This document shows positions 1-9,403 of a DNA stretch of 64,000 nt, in pieces. The stretch is from Trueperaceae bacterium (GTDB lineage: Bacteria > Deinococcota > Deinococci > Deinococcales > Trueperaceae), in NCBI GenBank assembly GCA_965215565.1, contig CBDCDZ010000004.1, positions 2,144,001-2,208,000 of the forward strand, given 5' to 3'. A model generated the notes under the pieces. That model saw only the letters and a program-made list of their open reading frames with translations, was not told the origin of the DNA and did not search any database. Made by a program: the position numbers and the translations under genes. Position 1 is the first letter of the stretch. Each line of letters begins with the position of its first letter.

Positions 1-684
1 TACTCTAACCTCACAGCTAGATGTGACTTGAAACCTCAGCTCTTTATCACCCCACGCTTCAGCAAGCGGGATAGATTCATTACCAGCAAACTGACGAGAT
101 TGCCCATCTTGTACAGAGGTGTGTTTAGAAGGGCTTTGGGAAAGTGGTTGCAAAACGGGATTCTTAGACATGGTCTCCATAGGTGCATCTTGTTCTGAAC
201 TCTCTTCCTTCGTACTCGCACCTTCCTCCTTTACGAATTCGATTGTATCACGGAAAATGCGTAAAACATTAGGAACAGCTTTAGGATTAAAGCCCATCTT
301 TATCAAGTTAGGAGTTATCACAATGTCGTTAGGTAAGTCCAAACCATACTTTTGAACTAGTTCTTGAAAAATACTTGGCAAGAAAGCGATGCTGCTTACT
401 GCACTACTACGCTCAGGGCTCTCGAGTGGATAGATCAATATATCTTGTGCTGTTTCACTCACCTTTAATTCATCGCCTTCTGGTTCTAGCAAATTGTACT
501 TTTGTAGAGCGGACATAACACTATTGGAAGTTCCGTTGAGCCCACCGTAACCAAGGATTCTAGCAATGGCTTCTTTACTTGCTGAATGCATTTGAACTTC
601 TCTATGAATCATCTTAGTTTTTTCAACAGCTTCTCTTAGACTTAGCGACGGATAGTTAGGGCTGCGCGTTACCTTTTTTGACAC
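1..684 (-). CDS. Hypothetical protein, possibly winged-helix-like N-terminus (MSKKVTRSPNYPSLSLREAVEK...LGYGGLNG...SALQKYNLLE); runs off the window's left edge
   Basis: Hand-translated open frame from GTG 684 to base 1 with no stop. GGAGG SD at 691-695 (minus strand). Near-consensus promoter upstream. Absent from the ORF track because the stop lies outside the window. AT-rich relative to neighbours. Confidence 0.8.
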   Translation of the reverse strand, partial: MSKKVTRSPNYPSLSLREAVEKTKMIHREVQMHSASKEAIARILGYGGLNGTSNSVMSALQKYNLLEPEGDELKVSETAQDILIYPLESPERSSAVSSIAFLPSIFQELVQKYGLDLPNDIVITPNLIKMGFNPKAVPNVLRIFRDTIEFVKEEGASTKEESSEQDAPMETMSKNPVLQPLSQSPSKHTSVQDGQSRQFAGNESIPLAEAWGDKELRFQVTSSCEVRV

Positions 685-704
685 GGTCAACCTCCAGTAC
701 AACT

Positions 705-733
705 ATCATATACAACCGCTAACGCCGTGTCAA
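705..733 (-). promoter_or_regulatory. Sigma70-type promoter for the 684 ORF
   Basis: Minus strand TTGACA (728-733), 17 nt spacer, TATGAT (705-710). Confidence 0.75.
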
Positions 734-797
734 ACCTTAACGCGATATATAGTAAGTTAAACACGCAGATGAGGCTATACTATTTTTGAGTTAGGGC

Positions 798-836
798 TTG
801 ACTTTAACTAGTTAGTTGAGTTAAAGTTGCTACACT
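798..836 (+). promoter_or_regulatory. Candidate promoter for the NYN gene with overlapping palindromic operator
   Basis: TTGACT 798-803 with TAAAGT 822-827 (18 nt spacer), or extended -10 TGcTACACT 828-836. Perfect inverted repeat ACTTTAACT-N9-AGTTAAAGT at 801-827. Confidence 0.55.
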
Positions 837-893
837 GAAGGAAGGAGCACGCGGCTTAATAAAGTTTCAAGGTGGCTTCAGTGGTTAAAATAC

Positions 894-955
894 AAAAAAA
901 AGAGACGGTCACAAAAGTGACCGTCGGGTCTAGGGCTATTCACCCTAGGGCTGTT
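894..955 (-). ncRNA. Putative ~62-nt small RNA antisense to the NYN gene leader
   Basis: Minus-strand promoter TTGATT(985-990)-17nt-TAGAAT(962-967). Hairpin CTAGGG-N7-CCCTAG (930-948). 9-bp hairpin GACGGTCAC-N4-GTGACCGTC (904-925) followed on the minus strand by a U-tract (A run 894-901). Confidence 0.6.
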
Positions 956-990
956 ATGGCTATTCTACAGCACGAATAGAGGTAAATCAA

Positions 991-1611
991 GTGGCACATC
1001 ACAACTATGAACGAGTCATTGTCTATGTAGATGGTTTTAACCTCTATTTTGGCATCAGAGAAAACCTTCCCCGAAGCTACAGATGGCTTGACCTGAATGC
1101 TTCCGCGAAGAAGCTCCTCAAGTCCAATCAGAAGCTCGTAGACGTTCGCTACTTCACGGCACGCATTTCGCGACCTATTCAGAAGCAGCAGCGTCAGGAA
1201 ACATATCTTCAAGCACTTGCAGCGGTTGGAGGCTGCACACTGCATTTTGGCGATTATAGAGATAGGTCGAAAACCTGTAGAAAGTGCGGTAACATGCTCT
1301 ACATCCCTGAAGAGAAGATGACGGATGTAAAAATTGCAGTGGAGATGTTAGCTGACGCATATAAAAATCAGTTTGACACAGCCCTACTCATCTCAGGTGA
1401 CACAGACATTGTTCCACCTATAACCAAAATTCGAGAGCTATTTCCAAACAAACGGGTTATCGTAGCCTTTCCTCCAAAACGTTTTAATAATGAGCTAAAA
1501 CAGGTAGCTCACGGATTCATTCGTGTTCGCCGTAGCACTTTGGTTCAGTTACCAGAACAAATCACGAAGAGTGACGGTTACACACTTTCCCGTCCTAGCA
1601 CATGGCGCTGA
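991..1611 (+). CDS. NYN domain (LabA/DUF88, PIN-like) putative ribonuclease with CxxC insert
   Basis: VYVDGFNLY, EEKMTDV and LISGDTD acidic motifs; CRKC knuckle; SD AGAGGT at 978-983. Confidence 0.9.
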   Translation: MAHHNYERVIVYVDGFNLYFGIRENLPRSYRWLDLNASAKKLLKSNQKLVDVRYFTARISRPIQKQQRQETYLQALAAVGGCTLHFGDYRDRSKTCRKCGNMLYIPEEKMTDVKIAVEMLADAYKNQFDTALLISGDTDIVPPITKIRELFPNKRVIVAFPPKRFNNELKQVAHGFIRVRRSTLVQLPEQITKSDGYTLSRPSTWR

Positions 1612-1633
1612 TATTTTGGTAACGCAAAGTCAA

Positions 1634-2470
1634 CTATTCCTCCCCACCCGTCTCCACCGGCGTATCCTCATACGAACTCCAGTCACTCCAAGACCCCACA
1701 TAGAGCTTCGCGCCCACAACACCCACCTCTTCTAATGCCAAGAGGTTATTCGCCGCGCTCACCCCCGAGCCGCAGTAGACGATGACCTCTTCAGCTTCAC
1801 TAGCGTTTGCAAAGCGCTCTTCAAGTGCGTCTTTATCTTTGAGCTTGCCGTTTTTATAGTTTCCGGCAAAGGGTATATTTTGGGCTGAAGGAATGTGTCC
1901 GGCTTTTTTGTCCAGCGGCTCTTCATCGCCTCTATAGCGCTCCGCTCCACGTGAATCAATCAAGACCGTGCTCGAGTCTCCCAACTTCCGCTTAACCTCT
2001 CCCATATCGGCAATCATCTCAGGATTCGGGCGCGGGGTGAAGGTTGCAGCTTCGCGGTGCGGGAGTTCGGCGGTGGTGTCAAAACCCGCCTCTTGCCACG
2101 CGGAGAGTCCACCGTCCAAGACCTTGACGTCGTCGTGTCCCAAAAACTTGAGTAGCCACCACATCCGCCCGGCAAAGACGTTCATGGTGTCGTCGTATAT
2201 GGCAACTGTTGTGTCGTCACCGATGCCAGCAAGCTCGAGCTTCCTCACCAACCCATCCACCTCGGGTAAAGGATGCCGCCCGCCGTGCGCTTGTGGTGGC
2301 GAGGAGAGGTCTTTGTCCAAATCGAAGTAGACCGCGCCGGGGATGTGCGCTTCTTTGAAAAGCTTATGTCCCTCTGTTGGGTCTTGGAGGTTGAAACGGG
2401 TGTCTACGATGATGAGATTTGAGTCGTTCAAACAGTTTTTGAGGTCTTGTGCGCTGATAAAGTTTTTCAT
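1634..2470 (-). CDS. Two-domain rhodanese / 3-mercaptopyruvate sulfurtransferase (SseA-like)
   Basis: HIPGA, GGRHPLP, active-site YCGSGVSA, LYVGSWSDW. Confidence 0.92.
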   Translation of the reverse strand: MKNFISAQDLKNCLNDSNLIIVDTRFNLQDPTEGHKLFKEAHIPGAVYFDLDKDLSSPPQAHGGRHPLPEVDGLVRKLELAGIGDDTTVAIYDDTMNVFAGRMWWLLKFLGHDDVKVLDGGLSAWQEAGFDTTAELPHREAATFTPRPNPEMIADMGEVKRKLGDSSTVLIDSRGAERYRGDEEPLDKKAGHIPSAQNIPFAGNYKNGKLKDKDALEERFANASEAEEVIVYCGSGVSAANNLLALEEVGVVGAKLYVGSWSDWSSYEDTPVETGGEE

Positions 2471-2524
2471 GCTCTGAGTCTAATACGCGCCGCGTTTACA
2501 TTCGTGTTGTCAGGCTAAACTAAA

Positions 2525-3325
2525 GTGATGCGCATCGAGAGTCCCAAGAACGCACAGGTTAAAGCGCTCGTCAAGCTGCGTGAGCGGCGGACGAGGGAGC
2601 GGGAGAAACGCTATCTGATTGAAGGGGCGAGGGAGGTGGGGCGAGCACTGAGCGCGGGAGTTGAACTAGAACGGCTTTACATCTGTGAGGACTTTTTGAA
2701 CGCTGAGGGGGAAGAGGTATTGGCAAGGGCTGATTACCTAGAACGCATCCACCTCTCCGACATCGCCTTTCAAAAGGTCAGCTACCGAGATACCCCCGAC
2801 GGACTTCTCGCTGTTGCGCCGCTGCGCGAGACCTCTTTGGAGTCTTTGAAAGTTAAACCCAACGCGCTTTTTTTGGTGGTGGTGGGGCTCGAGAAACCCG
2901 GCAACCTGGGCGCACTCCTGCGCACCGCCGACGGTGTAGACGTGGACGCCGTGTTCGTCACAGGCGCAGGTACAGACCTCACCAACCCAAACGTCATTCG
3001 CGCGTCGATGGGAAGCGTGTTTAGTCGTCCGGTGCTGAAGGTTGAAACGGATGAATTACTTGCTTGGTTGAGGGAGAATCACATTAATATCGTCGCGACG
3101 ACGCCGCACACCGAGACGAGTTATTGGGACGCTGACTTTTGCAACGCAGTTGCAATTGTTTTAGGGGCGGAGCATGAAGGGTTGTCGGAAGGGTGGCTAG
3201 AAGCGGCGCAGAGCCGCGTGTCTATCCCGATGCGTGGCTTAGCCGACAGTTTGAACGTGGGAACAGCGGGAGCGCTTTTGCTCTACGAGGCGGTGCGCCA
3301 AAGACGAGCGTCCTCAACCTCTTGA
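2525..3325 (+). CDS. TrmH/SpoU family RNA methyltransferase
   Basis: EKPGNLGALLRTA, GAEHEGLS and IPMRGLADSLNV SPOUT motifs. Confidence 0.92.
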   Translation: MMRIESPKNAQVKALVKLRERRTREREKRYLIEGAREVGRALSAGVELERLYICEDFLNAEGEEVLARADYLERIHLSDIAFQKVSYRDTPDGLLAVAPLRETSLESLKVKPNALFLVVVGLEKPGNLGALLRTADGVDVDAVFVTGAGTDLTNPNVIRASMGSVFSRPVLKVETDELLAWLRENHINIVATTPHTETSYWDADFCNAVAIVLGAEHEGLSEGWLEAAQSRVSIPMRGLADSLNVGTAGALLLYEAVRQRRASSTS

Positions 3326-3702
3326 GCCGTAGTCCGAGTTTGCACACTGCCGAGCAACCCTTCAACCGTCGCCGCAATCTCGCCAACGATTGGATTACTG
3401 AGAACAACCTTTGCGCTGACGAGTTGCGCGGCGCTCTGCTCACGAAAATCCGAAAGCGTACTCGTCATAACGACGGGAAGATGGTAATACTCCAGTAAAC
3501 AGCGCAATTTCTCGCACGTACCAAGACCGCTCACCATGAACATGTCCGCGTCTAAGATGAGTAAGTCCGGGGTGCGCCGTCCGAGACTTTGAAGCGTCCC
3601 CCGTCCATCCTCAGCCGTTGCCACCTCGTACCCTAAATCTTCTAAGCAGGTCACGAGCGCAAGAGGTAAGGGGTTGGCGGCAAGGAGAATCGTCGCTGAC
3701 AT
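3283..3702 (-). CDS. Stand-alone, atypical response-regulator receiver domain
   Basis: GYEVATAEDG, PDLLILD, PVVMTS. Lacks the N-terminal acidic pair and the conserved Lys. Start taken at MSATILL. Confidence 0.6.
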   Translation of the reverse strand: MSATILLAANPLPLALVTCLEDLGYEVATAEDGRGTLQSLGRRTPDLLILDADMFMVSGLGTCEKLRCLLEYYHLPVVMTSTLSDFREQSAAQLVSAKVVLSNPIVGEIAATVEGLLGSVQTRTTAQEVEDARLWRTAS

Positions 3703-3996
3703 GGTTCTAGGGTAAGATTTGGATAGAAACCCACAGCTACGAAATGTCACAAAGCGCGTTACAAAGGGGAAAAGTCACACGTTGAGGAACTGTAGCGTGT
3801 GTTGCGGTGGAGCGGTGTGCTCAGGGGCGCTTAGGCGCGAGTCAACCACGTTGGAAAAGTCACAGAAGGAGGTGAATGCAGTACTCACTATTGTTTATGT
3901 CGCGCGATTCCTCTACTCGTTGAGATGACACGGGCACAACGCGCAACGTTGCGGCGGGCTAAGAAGTTGAAGAGGTATAGCGCGTAAAATAGAAGC

Positions 3997-4884
3997 ATGA
4001 TACGGCACGCATTAGTCCAGTTTAAGCCGCATAAAGGCAGGCTCGAGCCCAACTTAGCGCGTCTCGGCGGCATCCTCGAAGACCTCAAAGGCGAAGAGGT
4101 TGACGTGCTCACCCTGCCTGAAACGGCGCTTTCGGGTTACTTCTTGCAGGCGGGCGTGCGCGAGCAAGCCCTCACCGCTAGGCATCTTTTTGACCTCTTG
4201 AAAGAGACGCTTGAAGAAGCGAGGTGGAGCGCACCTTTGGACATCTGCTTAGGTTTTTACGAACGCGACGGCGGCGACTTCTACAACAGCTCGCTCTACG
4301 CGGAGTTCGGTACGGAGAATGAGGGCATTCGGCACGTCCATAGGAAGATGTTTTTACCGACCTACGGAGTTTTTGATGAAGAGCGGTATGTCTCGAGGGG
4401 CGCTCACCTAGACGCCTTCGACACGCGCTTTGGACGCGCGGGGCTCCTCATCTGCGAGGACGCTTGGCACGCGAGCACAGCGGCTGTTCTTGCGCTCAAG
4501 GGCGCAGATATTCTCTACATCCCCACAGCGAGTCCGGCGAGGGACTTCACCGCTGAACACGCTGGACAAAAAGGCGTCCCGAGCAACGCGCAACGCTGGA
4601 AAGATACCGCCAAGGGCATCGCCGCCGAGCATGGGGTTTACGTGCTCACCACATGCTTAACGGGTTTTGAAGGGGGCAAAGGCTTTATGGGGATGTCGCA
4701 TGGGATGGACCCTTACGGTACGGAAGTCGCGGAAGCGCCGCTTTTTGACGAGTGCGTGTTGCTCACGGAGGTACATTTAGAAAGCATCCAAGCCGCCCGC
4801 TACGAGAGCCCTTTACTCGCCGATTTACGCGCTAACTTGCCCGAACTCGTCAGAGCGTTTAGCGAAGTGGGAGCGAAACCGTGA
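3997..4884 (+). CDS. Nitrilase-family C-N hydrolase, likely glutaminase partner of NadE
   Basis: LPETALSGY, HRKMFLPTYGVFDE, LICEDAW (E-K-C triad); overlaps the nadE start. Confidence 0.88.
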   Translation: MIRHALVQFKPHKGRLEPNLARLGGILEDLKGEEVDVLTLPETALSGYFLQAGVREQALTARHLFDLLKETLEEARWSAPLDICLGFYERDGGDFYNSSLYAEFGTENEGIRHVHRKMFLPTYGVFDEERYVSRGAHLDAFDTRFGRAGLLICEDAWHASTAAVLALKGADILYIPTASPARDFTAEHAGQKGVPSNAQRWKDTAKGIAAEHGVYVLTTCLTGFEGGKGFMGMSHGMDPYGTEVAEAPLFDECVLLTEVHLESIQAARYESPLLADLRANLPELVRAFSEVGAKP

Positions 4885-5756
4885 GCCAGACTTTACCTAA
4901 AGAACGCACCACCGTTATCCGCGCGAACGGCAGACCACAGAAGAGCTTGGACATTGACTTAGACACCGTTACGGACTTTCTCATCGCATTTTTACGCGAT
5001 GAGGTCAGGCGGCGTAAAGGCTTTGAGAAGGTTGTGGTGGCACTTTCGGGTGGCGTAGACAGCGCCGTGACGACGTATTTATCCGCGAAGGCGCTAGGAC
5101 CGAAAAACGTTTACGCGCTCCGCCTACCTTATGAGACTTCACATTCTGACTCCTTAGACCACGCGCAACTCGTGATCGACGACTTAGGCATCCACGCCGA
5201 GACGATTGACATCACGGACGCAGTAGACGGCTACACTGCCAAAATTCCGACTATGAACGCGCACCGCAAGGGTAACGTGATGGCGCGGCAGCGTATGATC
5301 ATCGCCTTTGATAAGTCCTTTGAATACAACGCCGTGCCCGTTGGCACGAGCAACAAGACCGAGCGGCTCTTCGGCTACTATACCTGGCACGACGTCGCGG
5401 ACGCTGCGCCCGTGAATCCTCTAGGCGACCTCTTCAAAACGCAGGTTAAAGCGCTCGCGAAGCATCTCGGTGTACCCGAAGAGATTATCGGCAAAGCGCC
5501 CTCGGCGGACCTCATCCCCGGACAATCCGACGAGGACGATTTGGGAATTTCGTACGAACGCGCGGACAAGATTTTGCTGCATCACCTCTCGGGCTACGAG
5601 GACGCCTACATCTGCTCGCTAGGCTTTGAGCAAAACGAGATTGATTTGGTCAAGCGTAAAGTCGCTAAAACGCACTGGAAGCGCGAACTTCCGATTAGCG
5701 CGATGGTCTCGGGAACGGCGATCAACGAGTTTTACCTGCGTCCGGTGGACTACTAG
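4881..5756 (+). CDS. nadE: NAD+ synthetase
   Basis: LSGGVDSAV, GNVMARQRM, GTSNKTE, KAPSADL. Confidence 0.95.
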   Translation: MSQTLPKERTTVIRANGRPQKSLDIDLDTVTDFLIAFLRDEVRRRKGFEKVVVALSGGVDSAVTTYLSAKALGPKNVYALRLPYETSHSDSLDHAQLVIDDLGIHAETIDITDAVDGYTAKIPTMNAHRKGNVMARQRMIIAFDKSFEYNAVPVGTSNKTERLFGYYTWHDVADAAPVNPLGDLFKTQVKALAKHLGVPEEIIGKAPSADLIPGQSDEDDLGISYERADKILLHHLSGYEDAYICSLGFEQNEIDLVKRKVAKTHWKRELPISAMVSGTAINEFYLRPVDY

Positions 5757-5760
5757 TGCG

Positions 5761-6126
5761 ATGAATCCAACGGGCTTTATCGCATTTTATCCTTGCCACG
5801 ACCTCGCGGCGACGACGGACTTTTACACACGGGACTTAGGATTGACGCTCGCCCGCGACCAAAAGAGTTGCGTCATTTTCAAAGTCGCTAGCGAAGCGTA
5901 CGTAGGCTTTTGTCAGCACGAGGGCGAGATTCCTCGTCACCAGGGCGTCATCATCACGCTTCTTACGGATGAGGTGGACGAGGTGTATCAGCGCTTCTTG
6001 CGCCTCAATATCGAAACGGAAGGCAAACCTAAAGAGAACGACTCGTTTGGTATCTATCACTTCTTTGCGCGTGACCCGGATGGGTATCGGCTCGAGCTGC
6101 AACGCTTCAACGAGCCCTTGGAGTGA
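5761..6126 (+). CDS. VOC/glyoxalase family protein
   Basis: DLAATTDFY...LGL and FFARDPDGYRLELQ; start at ATG 5761. Confidence 0.85.
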   Translation: MNPTGFIAFYPCHDLAATTDFYTRDLGLTLARDQKSCVIFKVASEAYVGFCQHEGEIPRHQGVIITLLTDEVDEVYQRFLRLNIETEGKPKENDSFGIYHFFARDPDGYRLELQRFNEPLE

Positions 6127-6127
6127 G

Positions 6128-6313
6128 ATGGACCCGCAACCTCTTAAACCTTTCAACAAGTTCGTCGTCGTCGCCATCGTCATCCTCTCGGCGATCGGTT
6201 TTCTAAACGAACTCTACCTGGGCAACCCGCCCAACGTTTTCTTGCTGATTTTGCTCTTCGCCGTCTTCGCCACCTCGACCTTCTTCTTACTCCGCACAGA
6301 AGGAATGCTTTAA
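6128..6313 (+). CDS. Small two-TM membrane protein
   Basis: ATG right after the VOC stop; two hydrophobic stretches (61 aa). Confidence 0.55.
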   Translation: MDPQPLKPFNKFVVVAIVILSAIGFLNELYLGNPPNVFLLILLFAVFATSTFFLLRTEGML

Positions 6314-6326
6314 GGGATGCTCTAGC

Positions 6327-6486
<160 letters not shown>

Positions 6487-6494
<8 letters not shown>

Positions 6495-6903
6495 ATGCGT
6501 GTTCTGCCAAATTTTAGCGGGCGAAGTTACAGCGAGTTTCGTCTACCAGGATGCAGAGACAGCCGCGTTTCTGAGCCTCGAGCAACCCAACCCCTACAAA
6601 GTCCTCGTCGTCTTGCGCGAACACGTCGAAACCCTTTATGACCTCTTGGACGACCAGGCGGCGTGGCTGTTTCAGACGGTAGTCAGAGTCTCGCGGGCGA
6701 TCAAAGAGGTCTCAGGCTGTGAAGGGCTCAACGTGGTGCAGTCCAACGAGCGAGCGGGGCAACAAGACGTTTTTCATGTCCACATCCACCTCATGCCGCG
6801 CTGGACAGGTGACAATGTTGCGCTCGAGTGGGACAACGCGCCAGCCTCCAAAAACGAACTGGACAAACTCGCCGCCGAACTTCGCTCTTTCTTCGAGACT
6901 TGA
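6487..6903 (+). CDS. HIT family hydrolase
   Basis: [22 protein letters not shown]. Confidence 0.9.
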
Positions 6904-6980
6904 CCTCTCTCCTAACGCTCCTTCAACACATTTTGCGCTACCCTAAAGAGGTGAGCAAACCGCCGCAGGCAGATTCGTAC

Positions 6981-7385
6981 GTGGATTACAGCCATGAGAT
7001 GCGCCTCTCCACCAATCCCGCAGTGCGGGCACTCTGGCTTATTCTCGGTCTACTCTTTACAGGTTTGGGCGTCGTCGGCGCATTTTTGCCCGTCATGCCC
7101 ACGACTGTTTTCTTGCTCATCGCCGCCTTTTTCTTCGCGCGGAGCAGCCCTAAGTTCTACAACTGGCTCCTCAATAACCGCGCTTTCGGTCCGCTCATTC
7201 GCGATTGGCGCTCGGGGCTCGGCTTACCACTTAGAGCAAAGGTGTTAGCGGTGTCGCTGATTGCGGTGAGCGTGGGCTCGAGCATCCTCTTCGTCTCCCT
7301 CTTATGGGTTCAACTCATGCTCGCGTTTATTGGTTTCGGCGTCAGCACCTACCTCTTGACCAGACCGACCAAACGCACCTCATGA
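6981..7385 (+). CDS. YbaN/DUF454 family membrane protein
   Basis: LGVVGAFLPVMPTTVFLLIAAFFFARSSP...FGPLIRDW; start is GTG 6981 or ATG 6999. Confidence 0.88.
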   Translation: MDYSHEMRLSTNPAVRALWLILGLLFTGLGVVGAFLPVMPTTVFLLIAAFFFARSSPKFYNWLLNNRAFGPLIRDWRSGLGLPLRAKVLAVSLIAVSVGSSILFVSLLWVQLMLAFIGFGVSTYLLTRPTKRTS

Positions 7386-8011
7386 GTTGCTGTGACCCGA
7401 ACGGGCTTAATGGCCTGTTCAAAGGTCCCGTTGTCGAGGCGGAGTTACGCGCGTTTAAGAAGCGCGGTCTAGGTAAGCGGCAGCGAATATTTTTAGAAAC
7501 GTTACAAGGTCATACTGAAAACCGCTCCGTTCTTGACATCGGCTGCGGTATCGGTGGGCTTGGGCTCAGTTTGCTGAAACGAGGCGCAGCGCACAGCACC
7601 TTTGTGGATGTGTCGAAGGCTTATCTGGCAGCGGCTCGAGACCTCGCCAAAGAACAAGAGGTGCGTAATAAAGCCGAGTTCACCGAAGCTGACTTCACGC
7701 GGACCGACCTCTCCTCTGCCGACATCGTCTTGCTCGACCGAGTCGTCTGCTGCTACCCGGACGCGCCCAAACTGCTCCGCAAAGCGGCAGGGCACAGCCA
7801 AACTCACCTCATCTTTAGCTATCCGCGCCCGGCCTGGTGGATGAAGGTCTCTATGCACCTCTTGAACCTCGGAATGCGCGTGTGGCGCAAGGAGTACCGT
7901 TTTTATGTCCATGATGAGGACGCACTTTTAGAAGCGGCGAAGTCTAGTGGGCACATCTTCAGAGAAAGACAAAGTGCTGGCGTTTGGCGTATCGCAGTGT
8001 TTGAACGCTAA
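7382..8011 (+). CDS. Class I SAM-dependent methyltransferase
   Basis: VLDIGCGIG, LDRVVCCYPD; starts MSCC. Confidence 0.88.
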   Translation: MSCCDPNGLNGLFKGPVVEAELRAFKKRGLGKRQRIFLETLQGHTENRSVLDIGCGIGGLGLSLLKRGAAHSTFVDVSKAYLAAARDLAKEQEVRNKAEFTEADFTRTDLSSADIVLLDRVVCCYPDAPKLLRKAAGHSQTHLIFSYPRPAWWMKVSMHLLNLGMRVWRKEYRFYVHDEDALLEAAKSSGHIFRERQSAGVWRIAVFER

Positions 8012-9321
8012 TTCATGATGATGAATTCAAGTTCGACAGGACCATTCACATAGACGCTTTCTCGCGCCACCGCGCCGATGACCACCGTTCCGTCCAAGCG
8101 AGAGAGCCAGGAGGAGAAGCTGTCGAATTCAGCCGGACTCGGCGCGGGGCGCACCTGCTCGAAAAGCCCGATGCGCTGCAACCGGCCGGTCGTCTCCTGT
8201 GTGAGCCGGGCAACCTCCGCGCGGATGTTGTCGCGGCTCACGGGTGCGCCCTCTGAGCCCAAGTAGACCTGGCGGCTCGAGATAAGCTGTCCCTTTTCCA
8301 GGAGCTTGAGGTTTTCGTACGCCTCGACTTCAACCTGCACGTCTTCTAAGCCGAAACGGTCCGCGCTCGAGACGAGCACCACCAAGTCCTCACCCGGTGA
8401 GGCGACTAGTGCTTCGGTCAGGCTGTCCACCTGGTCACGGCGCAAGATGATTTCGCCCGCGCCTTGACCCGCAGTGGCGCGGTTCGCCTCTTGCACGTAA
8501 GTTCCGAGCGCTTCACGCACCGCGCCCGGCTCTTGCGCGGCGATGGGTTGGCTGTAGACGATTTCGCCGCGCCGATAGGTGAGCTGGCCGCCCTGCACGG
8601 CTTCAATCTGTTCCCTAGCCTCCACGAGCCGCTGCGCCTGCCGCTGCGAATCGCGCTGCAGCGCACCGAGTTGATTTTGCAAGGTCACGACTTCGTTGCT
8701 GAGTCCATTCACATTGTCTCTAAACGTCGCGTTTTCGGCTGCTAAACCTTCGTTAGCAACTTGTAAGCTGCGGTTCTCTTGCTCCAACGCTTCATTTGAC
8801 TCTCCCAAGGCGGTGCGCTGCGCTTCTAAGCTACTCACCTCAACCCCTAAGTTGCTTGCACGTCGGCGCAACGTGCCGAGTTCTTGGCCCAACGAAATCT
8901 GTGTGGTTCGGAGTTGGCTCGTCTCGGCTAGCGCGTCGTCCCTCGCTGTCTCGGCGCTCTGAATGATCCGCTGCGCTTCGGCGAGTTGCGTCTGGCTCGC
9001 CTCGATCTCTTGACGCAGCCGCGCCGTCTCAGACTGCAGCGCGTTTCTCTCTCGGCTCAGCGCCCGCAACTCCTGCGAGACCTGTTGCGCGTTTAGAAGC
9101 GCGTTCGCCGCGCCGCGAAAGGCCACTGACAAAATGCCCAGCGTCGAGAGCATAATGAGGATGCCCGCCGTGACCCCGACGACTTGTCCCGTGCGTTTAG
9201 GACGCCACCCGAAGAGGCTCAAACGCCGCCGCCCTACCGTTGTCCCGAGCACGTCACCCGCGTACGCAATCACGCCTGCGAGCGCAGTGAGCAGTAAGAA
9301 GAGGGCTAGAGTGTAGATCAT
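8008..9321 (-). CDS. DUF3084-type membrane-anchored coiled-coil protein
   Basis: IAYAGDVLG...GRRRLSLFGWRPKRTG N-terminus, long coiled coil; lies downstream of lptB. Confidence 0.8.
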   Translation of the reverse strand: MIYTLALFLLLTALAGVIAYAGDVLGTTVGRRRLSLFGWRPKRTGQVVGVTAGILIMLSTLGILSVAFRGAANALLNAQQVSQELRALSRERNALQSETARLRQEIEASQTQLAEAQRIIQSAETARDDALAETSQLRTTQISLGQELGTLRRRASNLGVEVSSLEAQRTALGESNEALEQENRSLQVANEGLAAENATFRDNVNGLSNEVVTLQNQLGALQRDSQRQAQRLVEAREQIEAVQGGQLTYRRGEIVYSQPIAAQEPGAVREALGTYVQEANRATAGQGAGEIILRRDQVDSLTEALVASPGEDLVVLVSSADRFGLEDVQVEVEAYENLKLLEKGQLISSRQVYLGSEGAPVSRDNIRAEVARLTQETTGRLQRIGLFEQVRPAPSPAEFDSFSSWLSRLDGTVVIGAVARESVYVNGPVELEFIIMN

Positions 9322-9403
9322 AGCGGGGCGCGACCTTTCGTACGGATTCCGATTGATTCTCAATCAATCAGAGCGTTGAACAACCCTTAGAAATTAGCAC
9401 ACT

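Noticed and set aside
3866..3922. Small peptide MQYSLLFMSRDSSTR after a strong AAGGAGGT
   Set aside because: SD-to-ATG spacing is too short and there is no other support.
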